Of a DNA stretch of 59,269 nt, positions 28,175 to 37,059 are shown piece by piece. This stretch comes from Planctomycetota bacterium (GTDB taxonomy: Bacteria; Planctomycetota; PLA2; JAEUHO01), in NCBI GenBank assembly GCA_050248855.1, contig JBFWRP010000028.1, positions 1-59,269 of the forward strand, written 5' to 3'. Numbering within the stretch: the stretch's first letter is position 1; every line of letters begins with the position of its first letter. Below the pieces are notes generated by a model. That model searched no databases. It worked only from the letters and a program-made list of their open reading frames with translations, and was not told where the DNA came from. The position numbers and the translations under genes are program-made.

Positions 28175-28696
28175 ATGGCGTACCGCACCTCCCCTCCGGC
28201 TCGGGTCCTGCGTGGCGCGGCCGCGGCTGCCGCCATGGCGCTCGTGGCCGCGTGCAGCTCCGGGTCCTGTCCGCAGCCGATCGTGCCGGCGCGCGACGTC
28301 AGCCACCTGTCGCCCGCCGTGCGCAGCCGGGCGCTGGCGCTGGACACGAGAGCCCCCGTCGGCGCCCGCGGCGAGGCGATCGCCGCCTGGATCGAGCGCT
28401 TGGACGACGAGGACCTCACGGTGCGCATGCAGGCGTACGCGCGCTTGCGCGTTGCCACGGGGCACGACACGGGCTACCGACCCTTCCTCGAGGGGGTCGA
28501 GCGACGCCGCCACGTGGACGCGTGGTGGGCGTGGTGGCGCGGGGAGACGTCGCGCCCCGAGCTGGTGCGACCCGACGAAGGCACGGCACCGGCGCCGCCG
28601 GGGGAATCGCCGGAGACGGACCTCCCCGAGGCCGACGCACCCGCCCTGGAGCCGGCCGCCCCCGTCGAGCCGGACGCGGGCAAGGAGGGCGCGTGA
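28175..28696 (+). CDS. Hypothetical lipoprotein with HEAT-like cap
   Basis: LVAA-C lipobox; L.D.D..VR..A...L..ATG...W..WW; stop overlaps the rsbW start. Alternative start 28148. Confidence 0.6.
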   Translation: MAYRTSPPARVLRGAAAAAAMALVAACSSGSCPQPIVPARDVSHLSPAVRSRALALDTRAPVGARGEAIAAWIERLDDEDLTVRMQAYARLRVATGHDTGYRPFLEGVERRRHVDAWWAWWRGETSRPELVRPDEGTAPAPPGESPETDLPEADAPALEPAAPVEPDAGKEGA

Positions 28697-29163
28697 GGGA
28701 CTCGGCCCAGCGATCGTCGGCGTCGGAGGCGTGCGCCGAGGACCGCTTGGAGGGGACGCTCCCGTCCCATCCGAAGTACCTGCCGCTCGTCCGGGCCATC
28801 ACGGTCGAGGCCGCCGAGCTGGCCGGCATCGAGACCGAGACCGCTCGCCACCTGATGCTCGCCATCACCGAGGCATGGAGCAACGTGATCCGGCACGCCT
28901 ACCACGGCGCCGAGGACCGGCGGATCGACTTCCGCTTCCAGCCCTCGCCCGGCGAGCTCGTCATCGAGATCGAGGACCACGCGACCTGGGTGGACCCGAG
29001 CCGCATCGCTTCCCGCCCCCTTGACCAGATCCGCCCTGGCGGATTGGGGGTGCATCTGATCCAATCGACCATGGACGACGTGGCGTACACGCGCAACGCG
29101 CACGGGGGGACCACCCTCCGACTCGTCAAGCGTGTCGCCGCCGCCGAGGACCCGACCTCATGA
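28693..29163 (+). CDS. RsbW-like anti-sigma factor / serine kinase (HATPase_c_2)
   Basis: LAITEA.SNVIRHAY, IED, GGLG.HLI...MD.V.Y, GGT.L.LVK; AAGGAGG upstream. Confidence 0.88.
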   Translation: MRDSAQRSSASEACAEDRLEGTLPSHPKYLPLVRAITVEAAELAGIETETARHLMLAITEAWSNVIRHAYHGAEDRRIDFRFQPSPGELVIEIEDHATWVDPSRIASRPLDQIRPGGLGVHLIQSTMDDVAYTRNAHGGTTLRLVKRVAAAEDPTS

Positions 29164-29486
29164 AGATCACGCACGAGACCGAAGGCACGGCAGCGATCTT
29201 CACGGTCTGTGGCCAAGTGGACATGCACACCTCGCCGGAGCTGCGCGGCAGCCTGCGCAAGGCGCTCGAGGGCCGCGCCACGCCGTTGGTCGTGGACCTC
29301 GGCCAAGTGTCGTTCATCGACTCGAGCGGACTGGCCACGCTGATCGAAGCGCTCCAGGCCGTGGGCCGCTACGGCGGCAAGCTCCGCCTCTGCGGCTTGG
29401 CGCCCGACGTCCGCAAGCTCTTCGACCTCGCGCGCCTCAGCACCATCTTCGACCTTCGCGAAGACCGCGCCGCCGCCCTGAAGTAG
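29160..29486 (+). CDS. STAS-domain anti-sigma antagonist (RsbV/SpoIIAA-like)
   Basis: G.VD, VDL..V.FIDSSGL with phosphorylatable Ser; ATGA-coupled to rsbW. Confidence 0.92.
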   Translation: MKITHETEGTAAIFTVCGQVDMHTSPELRGSLRKALEGRATPLVVDLGQVSFIDSSGLATLIEALQAVGRYGGKLRLCGLAPDVRKLFDLARLSTIFDLREDRAAALK

Positions 29487-29516
29487 GTACTACGGGCGCT
29501 GGGGTGCGTAGGTGCT

Positions 29517-29641
29517 GCTCGCCGGATGCTCGGTCCCGCACCACCATCGGCTCCTCGAGTCGTGCCTCATGGCGCGGCCTGCCAACGCAGGCCGACGCGG
29601 ACCACGAGTCGTCGCCGATGGTGGCGCGCTACCGTCGCCCC
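29517..29641 (+). repeat. Dispersed structured repeat, copy 1 (copy 2 at 40963-41051)
   Basis: GATGCTCGGTCCCGCACCA.CATCGGCTCCT and CGTCGCCGATG.TGGCGCGCTACC are shared between the copies. Confidence 0.75.
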
Positions 29642-29747
29642 GACGAGCCGGCTAGTGGAGAGAGACCGCTGTCGCCCGTCGGCGGACGCCCCTGGCAGCG
29701 CGGAGGGAGACAACCGCGAACGTGATGGGGTGCTGCGCACCCCGGGC

Positions 29748-29947
29748 GACGAGCCGGGTGAGATTCCACCTTCACGCCCGGGCCGATGGCCGCATGGCGG
29801 CGCGCATCCCAGCGTGAAGTGGGAATCCCACCTGGCTCGGTAGGCGCGGGGGACGAGCCGGGTGAGATTCCAACTTCACGCCCGGGCCGGTGGTCGCATG
29901 GCGGCAGGCATCCCAGCGTGAAGTGGGAATCTCACCTGGCTCGGTAC
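29748..29947. repeat. Two tandem ~95-bp hairpin elements (period 104)
   Basis: GAGCCGGGTGAGATTCC...GGAATC(C/T)CACCTGGCTC arms in both copies. Confidence 0.88.
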
Positions 29948-30143
29948 GCGAGCAACCGGGAACCCGCACCACCGTGCGCTCTCCCAAGCAACGCGCGCCT
30001 GCATCGTGGGCCCCGCTACGGCGACAGCGCGCGGAGCCAAGCCGTCACGGCAAGAGCCGCGGTCGCGGCAAGGGCCAGGGCCGCCAGGAACTTGAGCGCC
30101 CGCCACCACGGTGGACGGGCGGCACGCCGGCCCGACGGGCCGA

Positions 30144-31238
30144 TCAGTTGCCGCCCCCTTCGGTGACCAGGGGCTGGCCCAGACGCTCGCGGACGGCGGC
30201 CTCGTTGTCCTTCCACCACTTGCGCATGTCGCGCTGGAGGTTCTTGCGCTCGCGGAGCGGAAGGCCGCTGGCGAAGTCGAACCGATGCTCGGTGATCTTC
30301 TCCACGGCGTCGCCGGCGGCAGCCTGGACGAGCTCGTCCTTGTCGAGCAGGGCCTCGATGAGGGCGGGAACGGCGTCCGCCGCGCGGATCATGCCGAGCG
30401 CGCCGGCAGCTCCGGCGCGGGGGAACTCGTCCTCGTGGGTGGTCAGCACCTGGATCAGCGCCGCCGTGGCACGCAGGTCCTTGAGGCGGCCGAGCTCGCT
30501 CGTGGCCGTGAACACGAGGTCCGGGTCCTTGTCGCCGAGGGCCTGGGTCCACTTGGCGAGATCGGCCTCGTGCGCCGCATCCACCTGCGGCTCGTCGGCG
30601 CCCGGCTCTGGCGTGTCGGCCGGAGCCGGACCGGGAGCGACGGGTGCCGGGGGGCGTTCGCTGACGCGACGCAGACCCTCTTCCAGGGCATCGGCTTGGC
30701 GCTGGATGGCGTCGTGCCATTGGGTGAGCAAGGTCACCTGGTTCTCCACGCCATCCTGGCGCTTGCCGAGCGCCGCGATGCGCTCGTCGAGCAGGACGTC
30801 GGCACTCGAGCTGCGCTTGTCCAGGGCCTGGATCTCGTCGCGCAGCGTCGTGCTCACGAGACCGGCGCGAGGCTCGATCTCGTCACGGACAAGGGCGCTG
30901 CGGAAAGCCTCCAGCCGCTCGTCGAGCAGCGCGACGACGCGGCCCTCGCTGGCCTGCGTGGACTCGGCGATCTTCGCCTCCGTCACGGCGGGCACCGTGG
31001 TGGGCTCGCCCGGCGCCTTCTCGCGGCCCAGCCAGGCGACGAGCAGGAAGGTGGTCGCGGCCGCGGCGTACAGGGCCAAGAGCGATGTCCACCACGAGCG
31101 CGGGGAGCCCATGCGCGTGGCGCGCTCCAGCGCGCAGGCGACGTGCTGGCTGCGCCCTCCGGCGGTCACGGCACGACCTGCGTCGAAGTCGGAGTCCGGA
31201 ATCGACTCGTTGCAGACGCTGCAGAAGCGGATGTCCAT
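30144..31238 (-). CDS. Membrane-anchored coiled-coil/HEAT-repeat protein with N-terminal Zn-finger-like motif
   Basis: CSVC...HVAC, one TM segment, coiled-coil, HEAT repeats (RAGAAGALG...AVPALIEAL.D). Confidence 0.75.
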   Translation of the reverse strand: MDIRFCSVCNESIPDSDFDAGRAVTAGGRSQHVACALERATRMGSPRSWWTSLLALYAAAATTFLLVAWLGREKAPGEPTTVPAVTEAKIAESTQASEGRVVALLDERLEAFRSALVRDEIEPRAGLVSTTLRDEIQALDKRSSSADVLLDERIAALGKRQDGVENQVTLLTQWHDAIQRQADALEEGLRRVSERPPAPVAPGPAPADTPEPGADEPQVDAAHEADLAKWTQALGDKDPDLVFTATSELGRLKDLRATAALIQVLTTHEDEFPRAGAAGALGMIRAADAVPALIEALLDKDELVQAAAGDAVEKITEHRFDFASGLPLRERKNLQRDMRKWWKDNEAAVRERLGQPLVTEGGGN

Positions 31239-31484
31239 GGGGGCCTGCCTTCCAGGGTGCAGGGCGCCGCCGGGACGGCGGAACGACGGGGCGAGGCTCA
31301 TCAGACCTCCTTCGCAAGGATACGGGCGGGCGGGGCGGAGCGGACAGCCCACCCTTGGCAACGTCCGTGCCGGGCGTCGGCAGCGAAAAGCCGGCCGCCC
31401 GCGTCTCCGGGCCTCACGCCGTGTGCACGCAAGACCCCCCTGGCGCTCCCCGGGGGCACGCCCGGCGGTGCGCGGCGGCGGTCC

Positions 31485-32432
31485 CTACTCGGCGTCCTTC
31501 TTGGGCTGCCCGAGGCGCGCGCGCACCTCCTCCTCGTGCACGCGCCAGTACTGCTGCACGACGCCACGCATGCGTCGCCGCTCGCGGATGCGGGCGGTCG
31601 GGTCCATGTCCTCGGCGAACCCGGTGATGAGGCGCAGGGAGCGAAACGCCTGCTGCCCGACCTGGCCCTCCTCGTCGACCATGGCATCGAGCAAGCCGGG
31701 GACGCTGTCGGCGGACTCCATCTCCCCCAGCGCGGCCGCCGCGGCGGTGCGGGCGAACGCCGACTTGTGGGCCTTGAGGATGTCCAGCAGGCGCGGTACG
31801 GCCGCGAGGATCTTGTGCTTGCGCACGAGCTCGATCGCGCGGAACACGACCGACACGTCCTCTTGGTGGAGGTCGTTGAGCGCTCGCGCGATCTCCTCCT
31901 GCGTGGCCTCGACGTCCGGCTCGGGGTCCTTGGGCAGGGTCGGCACGCGCGGGCCCGTGTCGGCGACCGGGCCGCCCCCGGCGGCGACTTCGCGGATGAT
32001 CTCCGGCGGCCGCGCCTCGAGCGCAGCGACGCGCTCGGTCAGCTCGTCGACCGCCTTGACCAAGGCCGCCAAGCGGATGCGCTGCTCTTCGAGCGAGCTG
32101 CGAAGCGGCCCCAGGGCTTCCTTGCCCACGCCGGCGCCGCTACCGCCCGCGAGCCGCGCGTCCTCGACGATGGCCTCGGCGACGGCAACGCTCTGCCCGA
32201 TCTGCTCCTGCAGGCGCTCGACGGCCCGCAGGCGCTCCTCGATGTCCTTCACGACCGGCTGCGCCTCGCTGCGGAACAGGTCGCGCGCGCGCGTCAGGAG
32301 CGCTTGGTCCAGGGGGTCGGCCCGTGCCTCGGGTGCGGTCGGGGAAACGGATTGGGGTGTACCTCGCACGAGGGCGAGCATGCCGGTCACGGCCCCGACC
32401 GCAGCCAGGAGCCACACTGTGTAGCGACCCAT
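31485..32432 (-). CDS. Exported coiled-coil/HEAT-repeat protein
   Basis: N-terminal hydrophobic segment, coiled-coil, AVPRLL/RTAAAAALG HEAT motifs; GGAGGT RBS. Confidence 0.72.
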   Translation of the reverse strand: MGRYTVWLLAAVGAVTGMLALVRGTPQSVSPTAPEARADPLDQALLTRARDLFRSEAQPVVKDIEERLRAVERLQEQIGQSVAVAEAIVEDARLAGGSGAGVGKEALGPLRSSLEEQRIRLAALVKAVDELTERVAALEARPPEIIREVAAGGGPVADTGPRVPTLPKDPEPDVEATQEEIARALNDLHQEDVSVVFRAIELVRKHKILAAVPRLLDILKAHKSAFARTAAAAALGEMESADSVPGLLDAMVDEEGQVGQQAFRSLRLITGFAEDMDPTARIRERRRMRGVVQQYWRVHEEEVRARLGQPKKDAE

Positions 32433-32529
32433 GGGGGGAACCTCCGCCGAGCCCTGCGCCCAGGATCGCATGAAGAGGCGGACCGGGCCTACCCCGAGGC
32501 TCCGGCCCCGCGCTCGGGCCGTCTCGTGG

Positions 32530-32958
32530 CTACGCGGGGCGCTGGCGCCTGGCGTTCTCGACGCGGTTGCGCATCGTCCGGCCGACCTTGAACTTGACGA
32601 CCCGCTTGGCGGGGACGTCCACCTTGACCAGCGTGCGGGGGTTCTGGGCCCGGCGGGCCGAGCGTCCCTTGACCTCGAAGACGCCGAACTCCCGGAACTC
32701 CAGCCGGTTGCCGCGTGCGAGCTCGTCGATGATGTCGTCGAGGAACATCTGGATGACGTCCTTGACCACGACCTTGGTCTGGGACGTTCGCTCCGCGATG
32801 CGCGTCACGAGCTCCTTCTTCGTGACCGTTCGGGGGGCCTTCGGTGGCTCGCGGTGCGGACCCTCCTCGCGACGCGGCGAGCGGTCCTGACCCGGCGGGT
32901 CACCGATCCCCGAGTGCGCGTGCGGCAGGTCGTCGGGGAGAAGCGGGGCGGACGTCAT
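32530..32958 (-). CDS. HU/IHF-family DNA-binding protein
   Basis: TKKEL, LEFREFGVFEV, AQNPRT, KFKVG; GAGGAG before ATG 32958. Alternative start GTG near 32826. Confidence 0.9.
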   Translation of the reverse strand: MTSAPLLPDDLPHAHSGIGDPPGQDRSPRREEGPHREPPKAPRTVTKKELVTRIAERTSQTKVVVKDVIQMFLDDIIDELARGNRLEFREFGVFEVKGRSARRAQNPRTLVKVDVPAKRVVKFKVGRTMRNRVENARRQRPA

Positions 32959-33060
32959 GCGGGCGGGGCTCCTCGGGAGGACGGCCCGAGCGGGTCGCGC
33001 GGTCCGGGGCGCCACGACTCGCCGGACGACACCCGTCGCCGTAGTTCCTTGACGCAGGCC

Positions 33061-33089
33061 ACGTTAGGAGCGCCGGGGAGCCGTGTCAA
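33061..33089 (-). promoter_or_regulatory. sigma70 promoter of the HU/IHF gene
   Basis: TTGACA-17bp-TAACGT on the minus strand. Confidence 0.65.
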
Positions 33090-33184
33090 AAGCCGTGGTG
33101 CGGGCCCTCGGCGAGCGCACGGGCACGGCTGGCGCCCGCGCGGAGACCGGGAGATGCTGGTCCGCCTCGCCCCGAGGAGCAGCC

Positions 33185-33592
33185 ATGGCCCGGACGTCCG
33201 TCCCCGACGCGCTCGCGATGCGCCGCCTGAAGTACGGCGAAGCTACCGACGCCGAGCGGGAGGCGGTGGCCGAGAGCCTGATCGCCGCCGACCGGCTCGC
33301 GGAGGCCTGGCTCTTGTACGAGCGCCGCCCAGGAGCCTCGACCGTGGCCAGGCTGAAGCGTGAGGCGCTCCAGCGCGGCCAGACGTTCCTGCTCCTCGCC
33401 ATGCGACGCGCAGGCAGCGAAGTGTCGGACGCCGAGCTCACGTCGGCGGCCAAGACCGCGGAGGCGGCGGGCCGTTTCCTCGACGCTCGTCACGCTTGGG
33501 TGGCCCTGGGCGCCAAGGACGAGCTCGAGCGGATTGCCGACGAGCTGCCGCCGCGCCTCCGGCCCGCACCCGATGAGACGCCCTCCGCGTGA
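33185..33592 (+). CDS. Hypothetical helical protein
   Basis: GAGGAG RBS, GC3-biased codons, fills the intergenic gap. Confidence 0.6.
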   Translation: MARTSVPDALAMRRLKYGEATDAEREAVAESLIAADRLAEAWLLYERRPGASTVARLKREALQRGQTFLLLAMRRAGSEVSDAELTSAAKTAEAAGRFLDARHAWVALGAKDELERIADELPPRLRPAPDETPSA

Positions 33593-33637
33593 GGCCGTCG
33601 AAGGCGCCTCGCCGAGTCGCTCCGCGCGGCGGGCTCC

Positions 33638-35803
33638 CTACTCCGATTCCTTGGCGAGACGCTCGGCCAGGTCTTCGCGCCGCGTGACGACGCGCGTGCG
33701 GGCCGGGTCGTCGTCCGCAAGGCCCGCGTCGCGAAGCAGTCGCTCGGCCCGCTCGAGGCGCTCGAGGCCCTCCTCGTAGCGACCGAAGTGCCAACCGCCG
33801 AGGTAGCCGCCTTCCACGAGCGCTTCCACGTTGTCCGGCTCGAGCGTCAAGGCGGCCTCGAACCAACGCCGCGCCTCCAGGTAGTCGCCCCGGGACAGCG
33901 CGTCCTTTCCATCGGTCAGCAGCCTGTCGACGCGCGAGCGCAAGGTCTCGCGCTCACGCTCGATCAGGCTGCGCAGCGTGCGCTTCTCGCTCCGGGGCGC
34001 CTTCTCCCAGGCGCGCTCGAGGAGGGGAAGTCCCTCGGCGAAGCGCCCGGCGGCGTCGAGGGCGAGACCTGCGCGCTGCAGGTAGTCGATGTCGTCCGGT
34101 GCCAGCGCCGCGGCGAACACGTACGGCTCCAACGCGCTCTCCGGCTCGGCCGTCGTCGCGTAGGCCTGTCCCAGCGCGTGGAACACCTCGGCTTGCGCCA
34201 GGGCCGCGGGAGAGCCCGCGGAAGCCTTCAGCTTCGCCGGGTCCTTCAGCGACGCGTCCAGCTGCGTGGCACGCTCCAGCCAGGGCCGGGCCGCGGGCGG
34301 CTTGCCGTCTGCCATCAAGGCGAGGCCCAGTGCCGCCCAGCTCGCGCTCCGTCGGTAGCCGATCGGGTGCTCCGTCGCCTGCCGTGCCGCGCTGAGGGCG
34401 CGCGCGACGTGCTGGCGCGCGTCCCAGTTGAGCTGGCCCCGTTCCTCGGCCTGGGCCGGCAGCTGGGCAGCATCCCGGCGCAGCTGGGCGGCTTCGCGCC
34501 GGTGGAAGGCGGAGAGGCGCTCCAGCGCCAAGACGTCGTCCGGGTTGCGGTCCAGCCGCCGGTCCAAGGAGGTGGGCTCGTCCTGGAAGCCGCCCGCGAC
34601 GTCACGCGCCAGGACACCCAGCGCGACGGCACCCAGCACGCTGCTGCCCAGCGTCACCCAGCGCGCCGCGCCGCCTGCACGAGCCGCGCTTCGCATGGCG
34701 TGCGCCACGGCGAAGGCCGCAGCGGCTACGAGCGGCGGGAGGAGGCCGTAGGCGGCCCTCGCCTCCCCGTCCGCCCCGAGCGGCACGAGCAGGGCGTGAC
34801 CGAGTCCCAGCAGCACGACCCCACCGAGCAGCGCGTCGACCGGGCCCGCACGTCGCGTGACGGCGCGCGCCAGGACGACGAGCGCCGTCAGCCCCACCAG
34901 GGCCACCAACCCCCACGCAGCCGCGCCCAGCTCGAAGCGACCCGAGAGGACCGCCTCGGCGTACGTGGCGTCCCCGATCCCGACGGGAAGCACGAAGCGC
35001 AACATCGTGCGACCGAGCCCGACGAGCGACAGGACGATGCCTTCGGCGGCGCTTGCCTCCGGCATGCCGACGGGGGGCGACGCACGCTCCAGACCGATGA
35101 GCAGCACGACGAGTATCGGGATGGCGAACAGCAGCGTGGCCGGCCGCCCGGCGATCCGCGGGCGTGGCGCCCCCGTCGGCGGCCCCCACGCGAGGAGCAC
35201 GAGAGGCCACGCCAGCGCCGTGCGATGCGCGAACGGCGCCAAGAAGGCGAGCAAGAGCGCCGGCCCCCACCAGACGCGGCCGTCGCGCGCCGTCCGCTGC
35301 CAGCAGAGCGTGGCGGCCAGGACGAACACCATGGCGACCAGCTGCCCTCGCTCGGCGATCGCCGTCACGGCAGGGGCCGCGAGGGGGTGCAAGGCGAACA
35401 GGCCGGCCCCGTACGCCGCCACGTCGACGCGCCGCCATTGGGTGCGCAGCACGAAGAACAGGAGCACCACGGCCGCCAGGTGCCAGGCGATGTTGGCCAG
35501 ATGGTGGACGCGCGGGCGGACCGCCCCCCCGCCGGAGAGTCCGCGATCGGCGGCGAGCGTGAGGCGAGCGAGCGGGCGCTCGGGTCGCCCGAAGCTGGTG
35601 GCCTGGGGCCGGCCGTCGGCGAGGATGTCACGCACGCCGTCCCAGCCGGCCAGCACGGCGGCGTCCTCACGCACCCAGCCGCGGTCCTCCTCCAACCACC
35701 CGGCGGTCGCCGCCCTCGACGCGGCCAGCGCGCCCAGGAGCAGCAGGAGCGGCAGGACCCAGGGGGGGGTGCGCGGAGTCGGGGACGTCAGCTCGCCGGA
35801 CAT
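33638..35803 (-). CDS. TMTC-like polytopic membrane protein (GT-C-like N-terminus) with C-terminal TPRs
   Basis: RPL..LT.A.D, HL.NI..H, LFALHP...AV..I..R, many TM segments, then TPR repeats. Confidence 0.7.
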   Translation of the reverse strand: MSGELTSPTPRTPPWVLPLLLLLGALAASRAATAGWLEEDRGWVREDAAVLAGWDGVRDILADGRPQATSFGRPERPLARLTLAADRGLSGGGAVRPRVHHLANIAWHLAAVVLLFFVLRTQWRRVDVAAYGAGLFALHPLAAPAVTAIAERGQLVAMVFVLAATLCWQRTARDGRVWWGPALLLAFLAPFAHRTALAWPLVLLAWGPPTGAPRPRIAGRPATLLFAIPILVVLLIGLERASPPVGMPEASAAEGIVLSLVGLGRTMLRFVLPVGIGDATYAEAVLSGRFELGAAAWGLVALVGLTALVVLARAVTRRAGPVDALLGGVVLLGLGHALLVPLGADGEARAAYGLLPPLVAAAAFAVAHAMRSAARAGGAARWVTLGSSVLGAVALGVLARDVAGGFQDEPTSLDRRLDRNPDDVLALERLSAFHRREAAQLRRDAAQLPAQAEERGQLNWDARQHVARALSAARQATEHPIGYRRSASWAALGLALMADGKPPAARPWLERATQLDASLKDPAKLKASAGSPAALAQAEVFHALGQAYATTAEPESALEPYVFAAALAPDDIDYLQRAGLALDAAGRFAEGLPLLERAWEKAPRSEKRTLRSLIERERETLRSRVDRLLTDGKDALSRGDYLEARRWFEAALTLEPDNVEALVEGGYLGGWHFGRYEEGLERLERAERLLRDAGLADDDPARTRVVTRREDLAERLAKESE

Positions 35804-36039
35804 CGACAGGGCTCCGCTCGCACCCACACGGGGGCGTCAGGGCACGAACGGCCCGGGCCCCGCCGAGGTTCCCGGCATCCCCCCGAAGCAGCGAGCGAAA
35901 GGTGCACAGATCCATGCCGCGGCGTGGGCAGTCCCGGGCCTCGACCGCGGCGCCCTCGCTCGTCGCTGCCAGCCGCGCGCGCCGACGGGATCAGGAACCC
36001 GATCAGGAATCCAACGGGCGCGATCGGGACGTCGGAGCA

Positions 36040-36506
36040 CCGTGAGGGGTGCAGGGGGGGCCGTGAGGGGTGCAGGGGGGGTACGGAATAGCCCCCCTGC
36101 TGCGCAGGCGAAGCCGGAGCACCGAATCCGCGCGGTAGCGCGGAGCAACTGCTCTGTGGCGCTTCGGGCAAGTTACCCCTTGCGCGGGCAGAAGATGGCG
36201 GAACCGAATAGCCCCCCTGCTGCGCAGGCGAAGCCGGAGCACCGAATCCGCGCGGGAGCGCGGAACAACTGCTCTGTGGCGCTTCGGGCAAGTTACCCCT
36301 TGCGCGGGCGGAAGATGGCGGAACCGAGCAGCCCCCCTGCTGCGCAGGCGAAGCCGGAGCACCGAATCCGCGCGGGAGCGCGGAGCAACTGCTCTGTGGC
36401 GCTTCGAGCAAGTTACCCCTTGCGCGGGCAGATGATGGCGGAACCGAATGGCCCCCCTGCTGCGCAGGCGAAGCCGAAGCACCGAATCCGCGCGGTAGCG
36501 CGGAAC
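36040..36506. repeat. Repeat cluster B1: 21-bp duplet plus ~3.5 tandem copies of a 120-bp unit
   Basis: GCCCCCCTGCTGCGCAGGCGAAGCCG at 36091, 36211, 36331 and 36451; the same unit recurs near 59116. Confidence 0.92.
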
Positions 36507-36539
36507 GATCTCCCTTGCGCTCCGCCTGGACTCGGTTCC

Positions 36540-36862
36540 CGAATTGCAACGTCCGCTCGTCGGCGAACCGCGACCCCTACGTGTCAGTTCTTCATGCCGA
36601 CGGCAAAGCCCGTACGGAGGCGGGGAATTCTTCCGCAACTTGCCGATGGGCACTTCCGCATGCCGAAGCGCAGGGCGGCAAGTTGCGGAAGAAATCCCCG
36701 CCTCCGTACCGCGTCTCGATGCGCGCGGCACCCCCTCCCATGGAAGCGTGGCTGTCCTGTCCGAGCCCGGAGTTCAGGCACCTTCCATTGCAGGCACCTT
36801 GCCCACGTTGCCGATGTGCGGCGCCGCGGCAAGGGTCCTGACACATCCGGGGTCGCGCGACC
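36540..36862. repeat. Repeat cluster B2: inverted copies of cluster-A modules flanking a 98-bp hairpin element (36612-36709)
   Basis: About 36548-36611 matches the reverse complement of 14007-14070; about 36792-36858 matches the reverse complement of ~14320-14387; element reads GTACGGAGGCGGGG...CCCCGCCTCCGTAC. Confidence 0.85.
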
Positions 36863-36872
36863 TCCGCATGCG

Positions 36873-37046
36873 GGCTCAGGCTCGAGCGTCGGCCTGCCTT
36901 GGCAGGCCGCGCCATCAGGCACCCGAGAGTCTGGGCCTGCCTGCAGGCTCAGGCTCGAGCGTCGGCCTGCCTTGGCAGGCCGCGCCATCAGGCACCCGAG
37001 AGGCTGGGCCTGCATCCAGGCTCAGCCTCGAGCGTCGGCCTGCCTT
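36873..37046. repeat. ~2.4 tandem copies of a 73-bp unit with GGCCTGCCTTGGCAGGCC palindrome
   Basis: Units start at 36873, 36946 and 37019. Confidence 0.88.
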
Positions 37047-37059
37047 CCTGCTCGGCCTC

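Noticed and set aside
29748..29947. Hairpins as integron attC sites
   Set aside because: No RYYYAAC/GTTRRRY cores, no cassette ORFs between them and no integrase.
36086..36506. Tandem array as CRISPR
   Set aside because: Units are near-identical along their whole 120 bp, with no unique spacers and no cas genes.
35788..37015. ORFs with repeated peptides in the repeat cluster (also 14138-14674 and 58597-59245)
   Set aside because: Open frames arise from the 120-bp period and high GC; no RBS or codon bias, and the same DNA recurs in other contexts.
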